A stretch of DNA of 64,000 bases from Candidatus Aminicenantes bacterium (lineage in GTDB: Bacteria > Acidobacteriota > Aminicenantia > Aminicenantales > Saccharicenantaceae). A program made the position numbers and the translations under genes. How positions within the stretch are numbered: position 1 is the stretch's first letter; every line of letters begins with the position of its first letter. Where the stretch lies: positions 169,497-233,496 of the forward strand of contig CAVUOW010000003.1 of the NCBI GenBank assembly GCA_963743205.1, in the 5' to 3' direction. The notes below the pieces were generated by a model. It saw nothing but the letters and a program-made list of their open reading frames with translations, did not search any database and was not told the origin of the DNA. Shown here in pieces: positions 49,044-58,448 of the stretch.

Positions 49044-49751
49044 ATGGCCTCCGCGAGGTGCATGATGGCCGAAAAAAACACAAAGCCGGCGCAACCCCCC
49101 GCGAAGCCGGCGCAACCCCCCGCGAAGCCGGCGAAGCCCGCGCCCCCCAAGCGCCTGGCGCGGTGCTGGGGAGAGCCCGATGACCCGCTCGTCCGCGATT
49201 ACCACGACCTCGAATGGGGGACCCCGCTCCATGACGACCGCAAGATCTTCGAGTTTCTTATCCTCGAAGGCATGCAGGCCGGCCTCAGCTGGAATCTGAT
49301 CCTCAAGAAACGGGAGAACTTCCGGCGCGCCTTCCGAGGTTTCGATCCCGAGAAAGTCGCCCGGTTCACGGCGCGCGACGTCCAGCGTCTCCTCAACGAC
49401 GCCGGCATCATCCGCAACCGCCTGAAGATCCTCGCCGCGATCAACAACGCCAAACGCTTCCTCGACGTCGAGAAAGAGTTCGGCACGTTCGATCGTTACA
49501 TTTGGGGCTTCGTCGGCGGCAAGCCGATCCGCTCGGGCCTGCAGTCGTTCGCGAACATGCCTGCCCGCACGCCCCTGTCCGACGCCATCAGCAAGGACCT
49601 CAAGGGGCGCGGCTTCAAGTTCGTCGGCTCGACCGTCGTTTATTCGCACATGCAGGCGACGGGCATGGTCAACGACCACCTGGTCGGGTGCTTCCGTTAC
49701 AGGGAACTCGCCCGGTCGGCCAAAGCCGAAAAACAACCGCGAAAAAAATAG
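49044..49751 (+). CDS. tag: DNA-3-methyladenine glycosylase I
   Basis: YHDLEWGTP...FEFLILEGMQAGLSW..IL.KRENFR.AF..FD...IIRNRLKI...N...F......FG.F..Y.W.F are Tag family signatures. Has an extra K/P/A-rich N-terminal repeat. Confidence 0.85.
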   Translation: MASARCMMAEKNTKPAQPPAKPAQPPAKPAKPAPPKRLARCWGEPDDPLVRDYHDLEWGTPLHDDRKIFEFLILEGMQAGLSWNLILKKRENFRRAFRGFDPEKVARFTARDVQRLLNDAGIIRNRLKILAAINNAKRFLDVEKEFGTFDRYIWGFVGGKPIRSGLQSFANMPARTPLSDAISKDLKGRGFKFVGSTVVYSHMQATGMVNDHLVGCFRYRELARSAKAEKQPRKK

Positions 49752-49792
49752 GCTTGCGTCGCGCCCGCGGGTTATAATCACCGTCAACGGGA

Positions 49793-51134
49793 ATGTCCCA
49801 ACCGCATCGAATTCGACCGATCCGCTTCATCAAGGACGAGTACGTCCGAGCTTATCGCGGATTGCCGCGGCGCGCCTGGATCCTGTTCGCCGTCAACCTG
49901 GTCAACTCGTCCGGCTCGATGGTCATCTTTTTCCTGGCGCTCTACTTGACGCGCAAGCTCGGGCTCACGACCGCGCGGGCGGGTCAGGCGCTGAGCCTCT
50001 ACGGCGTGGGCTCGCTCGCGGGGGCCTTCGCGGGGGGGTGGCTCTCCGACCACGTCGGGTCGATCACGGTCCAAAAGGTGAGCCTGGCCGTGTGCGGCGT
50101 CACGCTCATCGTTCTGGGACAGGTCCGCACGGTGGCCGGGATCCTGCCGTTGCTCTTCGGATTGGCGCTGTTCGCGGGCATGCTCTATCCGGCCAACGCC
50201 ACGTCGATGTCGAAGATCTGCCCGGCCGAGCTTCAGGTCAAGGGATTCGCGCTCAATCGGCTGGCGAATAATCTCGGGGCGACGATCGGTCCGGCCGTCG
50301 GAGGCGTGCTGGCGCTCAGCGATTATCGGCTGCTTTTCTGGGCGGACGGCCTGACGTCGCTCGCGGCGGCGGCGGTGTTCGCGGTGCTGTGGAAGGGTGC
50401 GAGGGCCGGCAGAGAGACGCGGAGCCGCGAGCCGAAGTGCGCGGGGGCCGCACAAGCTGTCGGAGCGGAGCAGGGCCGGGTGGATACGACAGAGACCGAG
50501 CGGCGACCGGCGTCTGGCCCGGCGATCGGGGGCCGGCCAAGGCCCAGCTCGCCCTGGCGCGACGTTCCTTTTCTGCTGTTGATGCTCATCTGGCTCGTCT
50601 GGTGCTCGGTCTTCGTCCAACTGCTGACGACGTTCCCCATCTACATGCGCAATGTTTATGGGCTCGCGGAAAACCGGATCGGCCAACTCTTCGCCGTCAA
50701 CACGATCATGATCGTCACCCTCGAGATGATCCTGATGGAAAGGATCCGGAAGCATGCGCAGGCTCGTGCGATCAACATATCTATCGTGCTGCTTGGCGAT
50801 CGGATTCGGGATGATGCCGCTGGGGCGGGGGTTCGCGTTCGGCGCGATCACGGTGGCGATATGGACATTCGGCGAGATGCTGAGCATGCCGCTCGTGACC
50901 GCCCTGATCGCGGGGCGCGCCGACGACTCGAACCGCGGCCGGTATATGGGACTGCTCAGCTTCTCGTTCTCGCTGGCGTTCATCATCGCTCCGGCGGGCG
51001 GCACCGCGATCTACGAGCAGTGGGGCCCTGATGCGGTCTGGTACGTCTGCTGCGGACTCTGCCTCCTCTTGGCGGCAGCCTTTTCGGCCCTGAGACCGCG
51101 TCTCTATGGGGTCGGACCACAGCAGATTGAATAA
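49793..51134 (+). CDS. MFS transporter, frame break
   Basis: 12-TM-like hydrophobic profile. After ...TLEMILMERIRKHAQ the sensible sequence continues in the 50754..51134 frame (...AIGFGMMPLGRGFAFGAITVAIWTFGEMLSMPLVTALIAGRA). Break within 50755-50795. The C-terminus ...LYGVGPQQIE* is read from element B7. Confidence 0.75.
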
Positions 51135-51359
51135 AAATCAATAACTTAGGCCGAAATTTGAGGCTCAAATAGCCCCTAATTGAAGCTTTTTGACATCAAA
51201 AATAGAGAACGCCTTGGCGCCGTCTCCCGAGCCAAGACTATTGCCTGATGCGAGTCCTTTTGCTTTTGCCCATGAAAATGCCGTTTTTAAGCCAAAAAAG
51301 AGTTGAAAATCTTGGTTAACTTATTGATATTGTTCTGATAGCTGTGGTCCGACCCCATT
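51105..51359. mobile_element. family-B doublet B7
   Basis: TATGGGGTCGGACCACAGCAGATTGAATAAAAATCAATAACTTAGGCC ... CTGATAGCTGTGGTCCGACCCCATT. Very similar to B9. Confidence 0.85.
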
Positions 51360-51562
51360 GGGAACCAACTGCGCCGGCTATTCGGAACCCATATCCAGGC
51401 CTAGCCCCGGCCTCGAACCTGCCCCACGCGCTTTCCCAGGCCCCTTCCCGGCCCGTTTCTACGTGGCCCGCATCCGAAACAAGAATCTCGTTACGCCACG
51501 TGATGCCGATGTCAACTTGGGGCCAATCGATCAGATTCTCTGGCCTAATCGTCGCCTGGAGA

Positions 51563-51669
51563 TAGGTTTCTATTTTTGCCCCTGAAAATACGGGTTTTAA
51601 GCCAAAAAAGAGCCGAAAAGTAGGGCTAACTTGTTGATATTTTTCGGATAGCTGTGGTCCGACCCCATT
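51563..51669 (-). repeat. family-B singlet arm B8
   Basis: TTTTTGCCCCTGAAAATACGGGTTTTAAGCCAAAAAAG...CGGATAGCTGTGGTCCGACCCCATT. The terminus overlaps the stop of 51668..54463 (ATC TAA TGGGGTC on the minus strand). Confidence 0.8.
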
Positions 51670-54463
51670 AGATGTTCCAGCGATACGACACCTTGAGCAG
51701 GAAGATGTTGTCGCCGGGGGCGGAGAAGAGGTCGCCCAGGTCACGGCCGATCCGCAAGTCACCCGGGTTCGCGTAATCGGCGCGGTTCTGCGTCCAGACG
51801 AAATACAGCAGGCTGCCCGGCTTGTACTCCCATCTCAGCACGACGGTGCCTCTCAGCGACTTGTAATTGAAATCCGGATTCCCGAACGCGAACGACGGGG
51901 CCGCGCCCGCCGGCCCGTCCGGGTCGACCGTGTAGGCGCCGCTCGCCGCGTCGTAGGCGATCGTCGAGCCGTTGCCGCTCCCTCCGCTCCCGCTCCCGCC
52001 CGTTCCGCCGCCGCCCAACGTCCCGCCGCCGTACACGTTGTACGCAAACGCCTTCGCCGCCGCCAGCTCCTTGAACGCGTCGTAATGCCCGACCGCGAGG
52101 AACGGCTGCATGTACGCCTGCAGCGTCAGCTTCGGCGTGAACGTCCAGTCGAGCCGGATCTCGCTGCCGAGCACCTTCTGATCGATCCTGCCGAATACGT
52201 AGCGGCTCCCGTACGTCGGCGTCATCAGCGGGTCGCCCACGCGCGTCACCCACTGCAGCTCGTTCTTCTCGATCGTGAGCGTCGGCCCGACGCTCAAGCT
52301 CACGTTCGACCCCGGCTTCCACCGCGCCGAGAGCTGGCCCTGCCACTCTTCCGACACCGCCGCCCGCTGGTACGTCGTCCCCTGGAACTCGAACACGACC
52401 GGCTTCCGGGTGTCCGTGTTCAGCATCAGGTTGACCTGCCAGCCCGACGGCATGATGGCCAGCGGCCCGCCCCGCGTCAGCGTCTTGCTGATGGTGTCCG
52501 GGTTGTACGCGAACATCGTGTCGAACTGCCAGAAGTTCCGGAGCTGGCCCTGGAACTCGAGGATGCCGCCGTCCCAGTTCTTGTTCCAGCCGAAGTCGTA
52601 GTTCCGGAACCAGCCGCCGATCACGAGCGCATATCGGAAGACCTTCCCGGGCTTCGTCCACTGATATCCGGGGATGAACTGCATATTGATGATGTCCGAC
52701 CCGCCGTACTGGAAGCCGGTGTCGTTCGGGTCGAACCCCGGCGAGATGGCGCCCACGTTGGCCAGCACGAGGAGATTCCCGTTCTGCTTGGCCAGGTTGA
52801 GCCGCCCGGCCCAACCGCCCAGGCTCCTGGCCGTCGGGTCGACGCTGACGTAGCCCGCGTCCGGCCGCTGGAAATAATGCATCGACGAGTTCTGGAGCCG
52901 CAGGATGTCCTCGACGCTGCCCTCGACCCGCGTCGCCCCCGCCCAGCCGCCGATGACCCAATCCTTCTTTTTATCGAGCGAGGTCCACCCGTCGACGGCC
53001 AGCGAGAACGCGTTCTTGTTGAGGATGCCGGCGAGCGTCCCGGTCGAATCGCTGCCGAGATCGCGCACGACGCCCGTGGCCATCATCCCGATCCCGCTCT
53101 TCCCCTCGGCGATGTCTTTCTGGACGCGCACCGTCCCGTAGTACGAGAGCGGCTCGACCTCCTGCCGCAGCCGCGTCCCGAGCTGGTCGATCTGGGCGAA
53201 CTCGCGCCCCGTCAGCGCGCTGAGCCAGCCGACGTTCCAGCTGCCGCCGAGCTTCCCGGTGAGCTTGGCCGCGCCCAGGATCGTCGTCCGGTCGGGCGTG
53301 CGCGCGAACCCGTCCTCGGTGACGTAGCCCTGCGGCTCGCGCCCGATGCGCCGGCTGTAGAAGAAGGTCGGCTGCGGCCAGTTGATGTTGGCGTTCATGA
53401 ACACGCCGCCGCGCCCGAAATTATTGAAGAGCGACGCCCCCTCGATGAAGAAGGGCCGCTTTTCCTCGTAGTACGTTTCGTAGGCCGACAGATTCAGGAC
53501 GGCCGGGTCGACCTCGACCTGCCCGAAATCCGGGTTGACCGTCGCGTCCAAGGTCAGGTTGCTCTTGAGGCCGACCTTGAGATCGAAGCCGGCGTTGCCG
53601 AGGGCGCGATGCCCGGTCTCGAACGGATTGCCGGCCTGCGACGGGCGGAGCTGGGCCTGTCCGACCATGTACGGCATGAACTCGACGCGCCCGCCCGGGC
53701 TGATGCCCCGGAGGCCTTCGAGCCGCGCGAACCGCGACACGATCGCCGCGTCGGTCTTGGGGCTCCAGTTGAAGCTCGACTGCTCGTTCTTGCGCCGGAT
53801 CATGCGGCGGAAGTTGACGCCCCAGACGTAATCCTCTTTCTTCGGGAAGCGGATCTGGTTGAAGGGGATGCGCATCTCGATCGTCCAGCCGTCGCCGTTG
53901 ACCGCGGCCTTGTTCTCCCAGACGCCGTCCCACGAGTCGTCGTCGTTGACGTCGTTCGAGAGCGCGGCGTCGGTGATCGAGCCGGCCGGGTTCGCGTAGA
54001 ACGCGTAGCCCGAGCGCTTGTCGAAGTAGGGATCGACGGCGACCATGAACCAGTCGGAGTCGGTCTGCGCGTCGCGGCGGCCGAGGCGCTTGAGGATCTT
54101 CGACGGGTCGGAGTCGTGACAGAACGCGGCGACGTAGAGGGCGTGATCGTCGTAGGCGACCCAGACGTCGGTCGGTTCGGTCGCGGGCGAGCCGTCTTGG
54201 GGATCGTTCTGGGTGAAGCCGGTCGCGGGGGGCGTCTTCCACGCGGCCTCGTCGAGGCGCCCGTCGAGGACGATGGGCTCGGTCGCGCGGACGGCCTGGA
54301 CGATCTTGGTGTCGGGAGGCGGGAGCGCGGGGCGGGCGGAGGCGCGCGGGGGGCGGGTGGCGGTACCGGTCGGGGTGGGGGTGGCGGCACTGGCGGACAT
54401 GGTTAGGGCGAAGGCAAGGGCCAAGGCCAGCCCGAACGTGGCGGATAAAGCTTTCTTCTTCAT
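51668..54463 (-). CDS. DUF5916-type outer-membrane protein with N-terminal CBM9-like domain
   Basis: 931 aa with a signal peptide. IVLDGRLDEAAWKTPPATGFTQNDP...WVAYDDHALYVAAFC...DWFMVAVDPYFD pattern, followed by a long beta-rich region. Family name from recollection. Confidence 0.65.
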   Translation of the reverse strand: MKKKALSATFGLALALAFALTMSASAATPTPTGTATRPPRASARPALPPPDTKIVQAVRATEPIVLDGRLDEAAWKTPPATGFTQNDPQDGSPATEPTDVWVAYDDHALYVAAFCHDSDPSKILKRLGRRDAQTDSDWFMVAVDPYFDKRSGYAFYANPAGSITDAALSNDVNDDDSWDGVWENKAAVNGDGWTIEMRIPFNQIRFPKKEDYVWGVNFRRMIRRKNEQSSFNWSPKTDAAIVSRFARLEGLRGISPGGRVEFMPYMVGQAQLRPSQAGNPFETGHRALGNAGFDLKVGLKSNLTLDATVNPDFGQVEVDPAVLNLSAYETYYEEKRPFFIEGASLFNNFGRGGVFMNANINWPQPTFFYSRRIGREPQGYVTEDGFARTPDRTTILGAAKLTGKLGGSWNVGWLSALTGREFAQIDQLGTRLRQEVEPLSYYGTVRVQKDIAEGKSGIGMMATGVVRDLGSDSTGTLAGILNKNAFSLAVDGWTSLDKKKDWVIGGWAGATRVEGSVEDILRLQNSSMHYFQRPDAGYVSVDPTARSLGGWAGRLNLAKQNGNLLVLANVGAISPGFDPNDTGFQYGGSDIINMQFIPGYQWTKPGKVFRYALVIGGWFRNYDFGWNKNWDGGILEFQGQLRNFWQFDTMFAYNPDTISKTLTRGGPLAIMPSGWQVNLMLNTDTRKPVVFEFQGTTYQRAAVSEEWQGQLSARWKPGSNVSLSVGPTLTIEKNELQWVTRVGDPLMTPTYGSRYVFGRIDQKVLGSEIRLDWTFTPKLTLQAYMQPFLAVGHYDAFKELAAAKAFAYNVYGGGTLGGGGTGGSGSGGSGNGSTIAYDAASGAYTVDPDGPAGAAPSFAFGNPDFNYKSLRGTVVLRWEYKPGSLLYFVWTQNRADYANPGDLRIGRDLGDLFSAPGDNIFLLKVSYRWNI

Positions 54464-54586
54464 CAGAAGCTCCTGATCACCGATCGGCTGCGGTCGAATA
54501 TCTTTGCCGAAGGCCCGCGGGCCGGATTTTCTCGAAAGCGCTTAATTCATACTTAAATACGAATCAGCCGCCCGAAATGTTGCCTC

Positions 54587-54840
54587 AATGGGGTCGGACC
54601 ACAGCAGATTAAATAAAAATCAATAACTTAGGCCTCAATTTAGGGCTCTAATACCCCTTAACTTGAGCTTTTTGACCCCAAAAATAGAAAACACCCCTGC
54701 ACCTCCCGCAAGCCATAACCATCGCGACGAAGTGAGTCCTTTGTTTTTGCCCATGAAAATGCCGTATTTAAGCCAAAAACAGACCAAAAATATCGGCTAA
54801 CTTATTGATATTATTCGGTTGGCTGTGGTCCGACCCCATT
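54587..54840. mobile_element. family-B doublet B9
   Basis: CAATGGGGTCGGACCACAGCAGATTAAATAAAAATCAATAACTTAGGCC ... TTTTTGACCCCAAAAAT ... GGTTGGCTGTGGTCCGACCCCATT. Confidence 0.85.
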
Positions 54841-54868
54841 GTATTTGACCCCAGACAGAGTCTCGGAT

Positions 54869-55882
54869 ATGATTCTAGCGCACATGGATACACGCTTCGG
54901 AAAGTTCGTCCACGATTTCCCCGGGCGCCTCGCCATGCCCCTCTGCGTCTATTCCGGGCTCGAGATCACCGGCGAATCGATCGAGGACATGATCAGCGTC
55001 CCCGGCTCGCAGTTCAAGGCCATCATGGCCCTCCAGGACCGCTATCGGACGCCCGTCCTTCTCACGGCCATCGACACGACCGCCGAAGCCGAAGCCTACG
55101 GCTGCGAGGTCAAGTTCTCGGCGCGCGAGGCCCCGTCGATCGTCGGGCGCCTCGTCACGACCGCCGCCGACGTCGCCGCCCTCGCCGACCCCGTGCCCGG
55201 CGATGCCCGGACGCGCGTGCCCATCGAAACGGCCTGGCGCCTAACCGCCGAAGTAGGGGAGAGCGTCCCCGTTCTCGGCACGATGCTCGGCCCGTTCGCG
55301 CTCGCCACCCGCCTCTTCGGCCTCAACGAGACCATCGCCGCGACCACCGCCGAACCCGAGACGATCGAGACCCTCCTCGACAACGTGACCGGATTCCTCT
55401 GCCGCTACGCGCTCGAGTTCCGCGAGACGGGCGCCTGGGGCATCGTCGTGGCCGAGGGGGCCGCCGGCCGGCTCTCACCCGAAGGCCTAGCCCGCTTCTC
55501 GACGCACTTCGTCAAGCGGATCATCAAGGCCGTCGAGACCCCGGACTTCTCCGTCGTCGTCCACAACTGCCGTGCCGCGATCGACCACCTGGACGCGATC
55601 ATGGCCTCCGGCGCCTCCATGTATCATTTCGGGGCGGGGATGGACATCGTCGCGGCGCTCGCCAAAGCCGGCCCCGAGATCGTTCTCAGCGGGAACCTCG
55701 ACGCCAAGAAGATCTTCCTCAAAGGCACGCCCCAGATCGCCGGGGACGCGACGCGCGCGCTCCTCGAGGCGACCCGCCCCTACAAGAATTTCGTCATCTC
55801 CTCCGGCTGCGACATCCCGCCGGGCGCCACGCTGGCGAACCTCAACGCCTTCTTCCGCGCCGTCTCCGACTTCAACAAGTAA
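54869..55882 (+). CDS. uroporphyrinogen-decarboxylase (URO-D) family protein / methyltransferase-like
   Basis: Start moved to ATG 54869, because the 54839 TTG lies in element B9. TIM-barrel URO-D-like sequence (...AEAEAYGCEVKF..., ...VVHNC..., ...ISSGCDIPPG). Confidence 0.7.
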   Translation: MILAHMDTRFGKFVHDFPGRLAMPLCVYSGLEITGESIEDMISVPGSQFKAIMALQDRYRTPVLLTAIDTTAEAEAYGCEVKFSAREAPSIVGRLVTTAADVAALADPVPGDARTRVPIETAWRLTAEVGESVPVLGTMLGPFALATRLFGLNETIAATTAEPETIETLLDNVTGFLCRYALEFRETGAWGIVVAEGAAGRLSPEGLARFSTHFVKRIIKAVETPDFSVVVHNCRAAIDHLDAIMASGASMYHFGAGMDIVAALAKAGPEIVLSGNLDAKKIFLKGTPQIAGDATRALLEATRPYKNFVISSGCDIPPGATLANLNAFFRAVSDFNK

Positions 55883-55885
55883 GTC

Positions 55886-55987
55886 TTCATTTTTGCCCCC
55901 AAAAACCACCGTTTTAAGGCCTAGAACCCCCTCGAAATGGACCTAAACTATTGATTTGTTTTCGAATTCCTGTGGTCCGACCCCATT
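55886..55987 (-). repeat. family-B singlet arm B10
   Basis: CATTTTTGCCCCCAAAAACCACCGTTTTAAGGCC...CGAATTCCTGTGGTCCGACCCCATT. Begins 3-4 nt after the URO-D stop. Confidence 0.8.
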
Positions 55988-56081
55988 GCCCTCTTGACAA
56001 CCGCCCAGCTTAATTCCTATTATCAAACCAACAATCCCCATTTCAGTCCGGTCCCGGGCCGCTCCCGCCGGGTGAGGACAG

Positions 56082-58363
56082 ATGGACGAAGGGCAGGTTC
56101 TCGAATCTTGGAAGGAGATTTCCGCCTTCCTGGGTCGTGACGTGCGCACTTGCCAGAGATGGGAAATCGAGATGGCCCTGCCCATCCACCGCCTCGACGG
56201 CTCGCCCCGGGCGCGTGTCTTCGCCTATAAAAACGAGCTCAACACCTGGCTCGAGCAGAAGCTCCACGATCACGATACCGCCGCCATCGCTCCCCCGGCT
56301 AAACGCCTCTTCCGCCGCCTCGCCCGCCCGCTCCCCCTCGCCCTCTTCGCCTTCTCGACCCTCGCTCGTCGCATTCACCGTCTGGCGCGCCGTCGTCCCC
56401 CCCAAGCCTCCGCCCCTCCCTGCCGGTTTCGTCCAACCTGTCCTCGCCGTCCTGCCGTTCGAGAACAATTCGGGCGGCAAGCTGCCCGACTATTGGCGCG
56501 ATGCCATCGCCGAGCTGCTCTTTGCCGAGCTTTCCCAGTCGAAATATATCCGCGTCGTCTCGGGCGGCGAGATGATCACGGTCCTCCGGCGCCTCAATTT
56601 GACCGATTCCCCCGCATACTCCTCCGAGGACATCGCGAGGGTCGCCGCCCTCACCCGGGCCGCGCACATCCTGACGGGCAGCTTCGTCAAAGCCGGCGAG
56701 GCGATCGTCATCACGGCCAATCTCCAGGATACGGCCCTCGGCCGAAGCTCCTCCGTCCCTAAGCTCATCGCCCACGACGAATACGACATCATCCCCAAGA
56801 TCGGCAAGCTCGCCGGCGAGATCAAAAAGGCCCTCCGCCTGACCCGGGCCCAGATCGTCTACGATTTCGCCATGGAAGCGGGCCAGGCCGTCACGTCCTC
56901 CCCCGACGCGCTCAAGTATTATGTCGAGGGCCGGCGTCTCCAGCTGAGCAACCGCTGGCCCGAGGCCATCGCCTCGATGGAGAAGGCCATCGCCATCGAC
57001 CCCGAGTTCGCCATGGCCTACCGGACCCTGGCCGTCGCCCAACGCGACCTCGGTCAATATGCCGAGGCCCTGGCCTCCATCAAGAAAGCCCTGGAGTTCA
57101 GCGCCCGCCTTCCCGAGGGGGAGCGCGAGCTCATCGAAGGCCAGCTTGCCTTCTGGGCCGATGATTACGCCAAGTCGATCGAGATCCTGGAAGGGCTCCT
57201 GAAAACGCATCCCGGCCATCTCAACGCCCTGACCTATCTCGGCTACGCCTACAACGGCGCCGGCGACATCGACAGGGCCATCGACTATCAGAGCCTCGTC
57301 ACCAGCAGCCGGAACACGGTCGTGGACGTCCGCACCTTGGCCGCCTATCTCCAGCGAAAGGGGCGTTATCAGGAATCGATCGATCTCCTCCGGTCGTTTG
57401 TCCAGAATGTCGAGGACGCTTGGAACGTCCACCAGATCCTGGCCTATTCTTACGGTTATCTGAGGAATTTCGACGAAGCCCTGGCCGAAGCCCGGATAAC
57501 CTTTCAGGGCAATCCCCGGATGCGGTCGGTCGAGTTCGAAATGCTCGTCTTCAAGGACGACCTCGCCGGGGCCGAGGCTCTGACGGGCCTCGAACAGGTC
57601 TGCCTGGATCGGGGGCGTTTCGCCGCCAATATCGACTTTGCCCGGAAGGAGCTCGTGAATGCCCGGGCCCAAGGGACGATCGACGACGTCGCGGCCGCCA
57701 AACGCCGTCTGGCGTTTGCGCTCGAGAAGGCGGGGCGCTATGCCGAGGCATTAGCCGAGCACGGCGAGTATCTGCGGCTCTCCGCGGAGTCGCGGGCGTC
57801 GGCGGGCCAAGCCGGGTTGCCCTACCGGCCGATCTTCCGGAAGCCGGACCTTTTCGTCAAGGGCAGGATCCAGGCGGAGATGGGCGATGCCGGGGAGGCC
57901 CTGAAGACGGCTGAGGAGCTGAAGTCGGTCATCGACTCGGGCATCAACCGCAAAGAGCTGAAATATTACGAATACATCCTCGGCCTGGTCGAGCTCGGGA
58001 AGGGGAACCCGGCGCGCGCCGCGGAGCTCGTTCGGGAGCGCGTGCGGGCGCCTGGACTTCGAGGATTACTGGACTTCCGAGCAGGCCATCTTCCTCGATC
58101 GGTACGGCGAGGCGCTTCGAGAATCGGGCGACTTCGACAAGGCGCGCGAAACCTACGAAAAGATCACGCTGCTCACGACCGGCCGGCGCGACGACGGCGA
58201 CATCTATGCCCGGGCCTATTACTGGCTGGGGAAGATCGCAGAGCGGAAGGGCGACGCGGCGACGGCGCGCAGCAATTATCGGAAATTCTTAGCGCTGTGG
58301 CAGGGCGCCGACCCCGGCCTGCCCGAAGTCGCGGACGCGAAGGCGCGCCTGGCTGGCAAGTAG
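56082..58363 (+). CDS. membrane-anchored HTH regulator with periplasmic and TPR-repeat region, two frame breaks
   Basis: N-terminus MDEGQVLESWKEISAFLGRDVRTCQRWEIEMALPIHR (HTH), then TM ...PLPLALFAFSTLA / LVAFTVWRAV after a frame change near 56350-56370. Next come PVLAVLPFENNSGG and many TPR repeats. A second change near 58025-58055 restores ...LDFEDYWTSEQAIFLDRYGEALRESGDFDKARETYEKI...ARLAGK* (TAG 58361-58363). Confidence 0.6.
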
Positions 58364-58448
58364 GGGTCTGACGTGCAGTTCTGCGCCCTCTTTGGCTAAA
58401 GAGCGCAGAGTGTAGGCCTGACCCCGTCTGATTCTTATTCTGTGGGCT

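Noticed and set aside
49083-49140. 21-bp tandem repeat (gccggcgcaaccccccgcgaa x2 plus a partial unit) at the 5' end of tag
   Set aside because: It is real but trivial: a short in-frame K/P/A-rich low-complexity extension (KPAQPPAKPAQPPAKPAKPAPPK) with no evident function.
52085-54406. 773-aa plus-strand ORF opposite the DUF5916/CBM9 gene
   Set aside because: Same shadow-ORF signature (R/P/E/D/G-rich, no hydrophobic core pattern). The minus-strand product has a signal peptide and recognisable domains.
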